Source: Lepidodermella squamata
Taxonomy: Eukaryota; Animalia; Gastrotricha
Direction: 5' to 3'
NCBI GenBank assembly: GCA_047495785.1
Contig: JBLDXI010000010.1
Coordinates: 1-64,000, forward strand
DNA: 64,000 bases
A program made the position numbers and the translations under genes. Numbering within the stretch: position 1 is the first letter of the stretch; every line of letters starts with the position of its first letter. The notes under the pieces are model-generated. The model was given only the letters and a program-made list of their open reading frames with translations. It ran no database searches and had not been told where the DNA came from. This document shows positions 60,636 to 64,000 of this stretch, piece after piece.

Positions 60636-61155
60636 AATTTGTTAGAAAATGGCATCGACGCGAGCGGGGTCGATTACCCCTGTTGTAGCATCGATGAAAC
60701 CTTTTCGCTGGAACGTTCGATGTTGCGAGATTATCAAAGATTTAAAAATACGTCGTTTTTCGATTCATCTCAAAAACTCGTTTTGTGGCAAAGCCCGACG
60801 AACTAGTGGCCTATAACACGAATTACAAGCTAAACCAGAAACGGGTCCTATTCGTAACAAGAAATGTCGGTAAAATAAAACAGGTTATAAGGCCGGTTAT
60901 TTTACGTTCACACCATCATAATTTATTTTGGCAATACTTCATAGACAAATTAATCAAGTATTAAACTGAGATTAGTATAATCACTCGGCATGTTGTTTTC
61001 AACAATTTTTACATCGAGAAAAGAGAGAAGAAACATGGAGAGCGATCAGATGCACAATAAGAAATAATGAATTGATCATATAAATATAATTCTAAAATGG
61101 AATTTTTCAAAACTTATATGGAATTATGAATTATCTACTCTTTCGACTGAATCGA

Positions 61156-62477
61156 TCAGTTAACAGCAGCGGCTGCTGCCACAAGACTGCCGATGTAATT
61201 CGACTGTTGCGGCTGTTTTTGGAGCGTGGCGAGTTGCGCGGCCAAGTGCCGCGCAACATGCGCTCGAAAATCCGCCAAATTCAAACATTGCAGACCACAC
61301 ATCGGGCATACACTCTGCAAAGTCGCCTCAGCACTCAACGCATTTGCGAAGTCGGGCTCCATCCCACTGGATCGCGACAGGCGGGGTTGCTTTGACGAAA
61401 AGCTGTTTTTCGAACTAGATGGTGAGCTTTTCGAGGAAGCTGAGGGTCGTTTCGAAGGGGGTTTGCTCGAAGTCGAGGTTCGATTGCTACCAATTTTATC
61501 GGCTTGGTCACTTGTCCCACTTGGGCGCGAACCCGGCAGGAGATCGACTTTTGGGCGGTGCCACCTCCTGTTTAATTAATTAATTTAATTTAATTCAAAT
61601 TAATTCAGAAATTTGCTAACCTGTGAGAAGCGAGATTTGCCGGGCAGCTGAAAACTTTATTGCACTCTGGGCAGCGGTGTTCGGTTTTTTCCAGCTTCGG
61701 GCAGTTGTGAGCAGCCAAGCAGAACGCGTCTTCGAACTTGACAGAGCATAGCGCGCAGACGTAGTCGCCAACGATGTTATGCATCGACGCCAATTTTCGC
61801 CGAGCTTCGTCTGAAACAGTCACCAGTTTAGCGTAGATGTTGTTAGCGTCGTAGTACCGGCTTTTACTCGGGGTCGCTGCTTCGCTGCTGAAAGCTGGCG
61901 ACAAAGCGTCGCTTATCAGTTTTCGTGACCGTTTCCGGCTGTTTGATTTCGTGCCGATGATAGTAACTGGTACCGTTCTCGGCAGTTGAAGGATAGCGGC
62001 TTCTTCTTGGTTGAAATTCAGCACTGGAGTACCTGGTTCCAACTTGGTACCAGACCCGGAACCGGAGACTTCTTCTTCGAACCCTGTCGAAGGTGTGCGG
62101 GTGGCAATCGGCTCGATTGGAAGTTGTTGCTGATCCCGAATCAATGACATCTGACTTTTCAACTGCTCGAGATTATTTTTCAGGGTTAGAAACGCTAATA
62201 GCTGTTGCTGGTGTTGTTGCGCTTGTTGTTGCTGCTGAAGGTGTTGCAGAAAATTTATGGCACCGCTTTGATTATTAAAAGCAGTGGCAGCTGCCGGCCG
62301 AGAAGTGGCACTGTTCAGCAGGAGCTGGCTCCAGATCAAAGATAGAGCCGATTCTGAGTTGGAACCCGGTAGCTGAAGGGCATTGGGCGCTTTCTCTAAG
62401 GCACCGATCGACAAGTTCAGCGGCTCACCGAAATCGCCGCTTTTGCAGATCGAAGTGTTAAACAAATTACCGAGCAT
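61156..62477 (-). CDS. INSM1: INSM1/nerfin/EGL-46 family C2H2 zinc-finger transcription factor (2 exons)
   Basis: NIVGDYVCALC..FEDAFCLAAHNC..HRCPECNKVFSCPANLASHR|RWHRPK with an intron at ~61569-61620, plus a further C2H2 finger CPMC..HVARH. Confidence 0.88.
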
Positions 62478-63483
62478 AGTAAATTCGCAAAAAATCTAGT
62501 TTTCGATGAACAATAATTGTAATGAAGCTTTAAGGTGGATGCAATATTGTTAATCGCGCGAGGGGTCACGCGTCACATTGACAAGGCGATTATTGCGATC
62601 GTGATGATGAGAGCTGCGCGCGCGCGCACAGGGTCGTCGTCGAATATTGGCAATAGCGAACTTCGCGTTACGATCAGGTTCCTTGTCTCAGCTATCGATT
62701 TGTTATTGGCATTGCTGGAGAAATCAGGACTACAAACACTACTATAGTCTATAGTTTTGTTCTTATGGCGTCTTCGATGACAATAAGTAGAAATACGTAT
62801 GGATTTGCATCGGGTTCTCCTCAAAGACTATAATAGTTAAAAGATCCGCGGTAAAGAAATTGTAAGCCCTTGCCCGAATCTCCATCTGAAGTTAAATTAA
62901 GTGAATTGATTAGCATTCAGAGTCAGATCGGGGCCGAAAAGTTGAGAATTCTAAAATCTGCGTCTCAACCTAATCTTATAGTGGAACCAGTGAATCCATG
63001 TTTCCATATCCCGAACAAAAAAGTGCACACTGTTTAAGAGATTTTTGGGTTCGCATTATTTTTTACGGGATTTTTGGCTATTTTTTTTATCGCCAACGAT
63101 GATTCATTCAGTCGTTTGGAGGTTTTATTGCTGTTATTGGAGTATTTTTGTCATAGTGCGAGAAATGCCCAAAAAAGTAGACGGCGCGTGCCACTTTTTT
63201 GCGAGGTTGATCGTCATGAAAAAAATGCACAGTGATATCACGAAAAAAATACGACTTTTTCTGCCATTCATGGAGTGGCGTTTTTTCGACTGATATCGAC
63301 CCTGTGATTTTAATTGCTGTTTTGGGGTTCTTTAGGATTTAATTTGAAATTAGCGTAAAAATGTCGAGATTTTTTGCAATGTCAAGAAATCTCGAAAATG
63401 AAATATGGACTTGGCGTCGCAAAAACAACAAAGTCCAAAGAGCAAGTTATTTATAAACCAATAAAAACAACATCATTTATGTG

Positions 63484-63565
63484 ATCGCTGGTGGCGTAGT
63501 TGGTGAGGCGTTGGGCTGGTGCATCAATGTTCGATGGTTCAACCCCCGCCAGAGACACATTTTTA
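63484..63565 (+). other. tRNA-derived Pol III-like unit (pseudo-tRNA or SINE head)
   Basis: A box TGGCGTAGTTGG, B box GGTTCAACCC and a downstream T5 run. The stems are imperfect, so it is not called a functional tRNA. Confidence 0.5.
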
Positions 63566-64000
63566 ATTAATTGATTAAGCAATTATTGAATCAAATTACG
63601 ATATTTCTAGCTATTTGTATATTCTCGACATATTACGCTAATTTCAAATTAAATCCCAAAAAACCCTACTTAGAAAACACGTAAAAAAACACGAGAAAAG
63701 TCGCATTTGATAAACTTTTTTTTGTTCGGGATGGCGAAAGGCTTGAAACCCGATAGGTTGGCTCAAACGGCGCAAAACTCTATCGGTTTGTAACCCGTCT
63801 ACTTACTCGAACCTACACCACGAGGATTTGCGGGGAATCAAATCAAGGTGAAGATGAGTGAAGATCGCGACAAAAATGCAAATAACGTAGATTAATACCC
63901 GTCTGATCAGCCAAACGGCGCCGTTTGGAAAACAGGCGGCCGAATTAGACGGCGCGGAAAATGGATAATGCCGTCTGATTTCGGCCGTCTGACTAATACC

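Noticed and set aside
58300-61100. Short ORFs as genes
   Set aside because: No motifs. Likely upstream region of the GPCR plus MITE remnants.
63484-63565. Functional tRNA gene
   Set aside because: The acceptor, anticodon and T stems pair poorly.

Overview
Gene-dense animal (invertebrate-type) genomic DNA, mostly with ~40-70 bp introns. Bases 18-9421 are one end of a Polinton/Maverick (adintovirus-like) element. It encodes a DDE integrase with chromodomain, a minor capsid/penton, the start of a Gly-rich core-like protein, small membrane ORFs, orphan ORFs and an unexpected divergent TATA-binding-protein (TBP) gene. Its AGTAGT terminus sits inside the coding sequence of a host IRF2BP gene and supplies a stop codon before the expected RING finger. 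The first ~3 kb is a fold-back copy of the next ~3 kb and starts with what I recognise as a PacBio barcode, so this duplication is probably a library artefact. Host genes follow: an uncharacterised gene, a HAD-like gene, POLA2, ATR, TMEM67, a THAP-domain gene, ISCA2, an SLC46-type MFS transporter, an mGluR-like class C GPCR and an INSM1/nerfin zinc-finger gene. Three unusually large ATR introns are patchworks of short fragments from several transposon superfamilies (LINE, Penelope, pogo, CMC/EnSpm, MULE, P). Every fragment I could recognise is antisense to ATR. All family calls come from motif recognition by eye; no searches were run.
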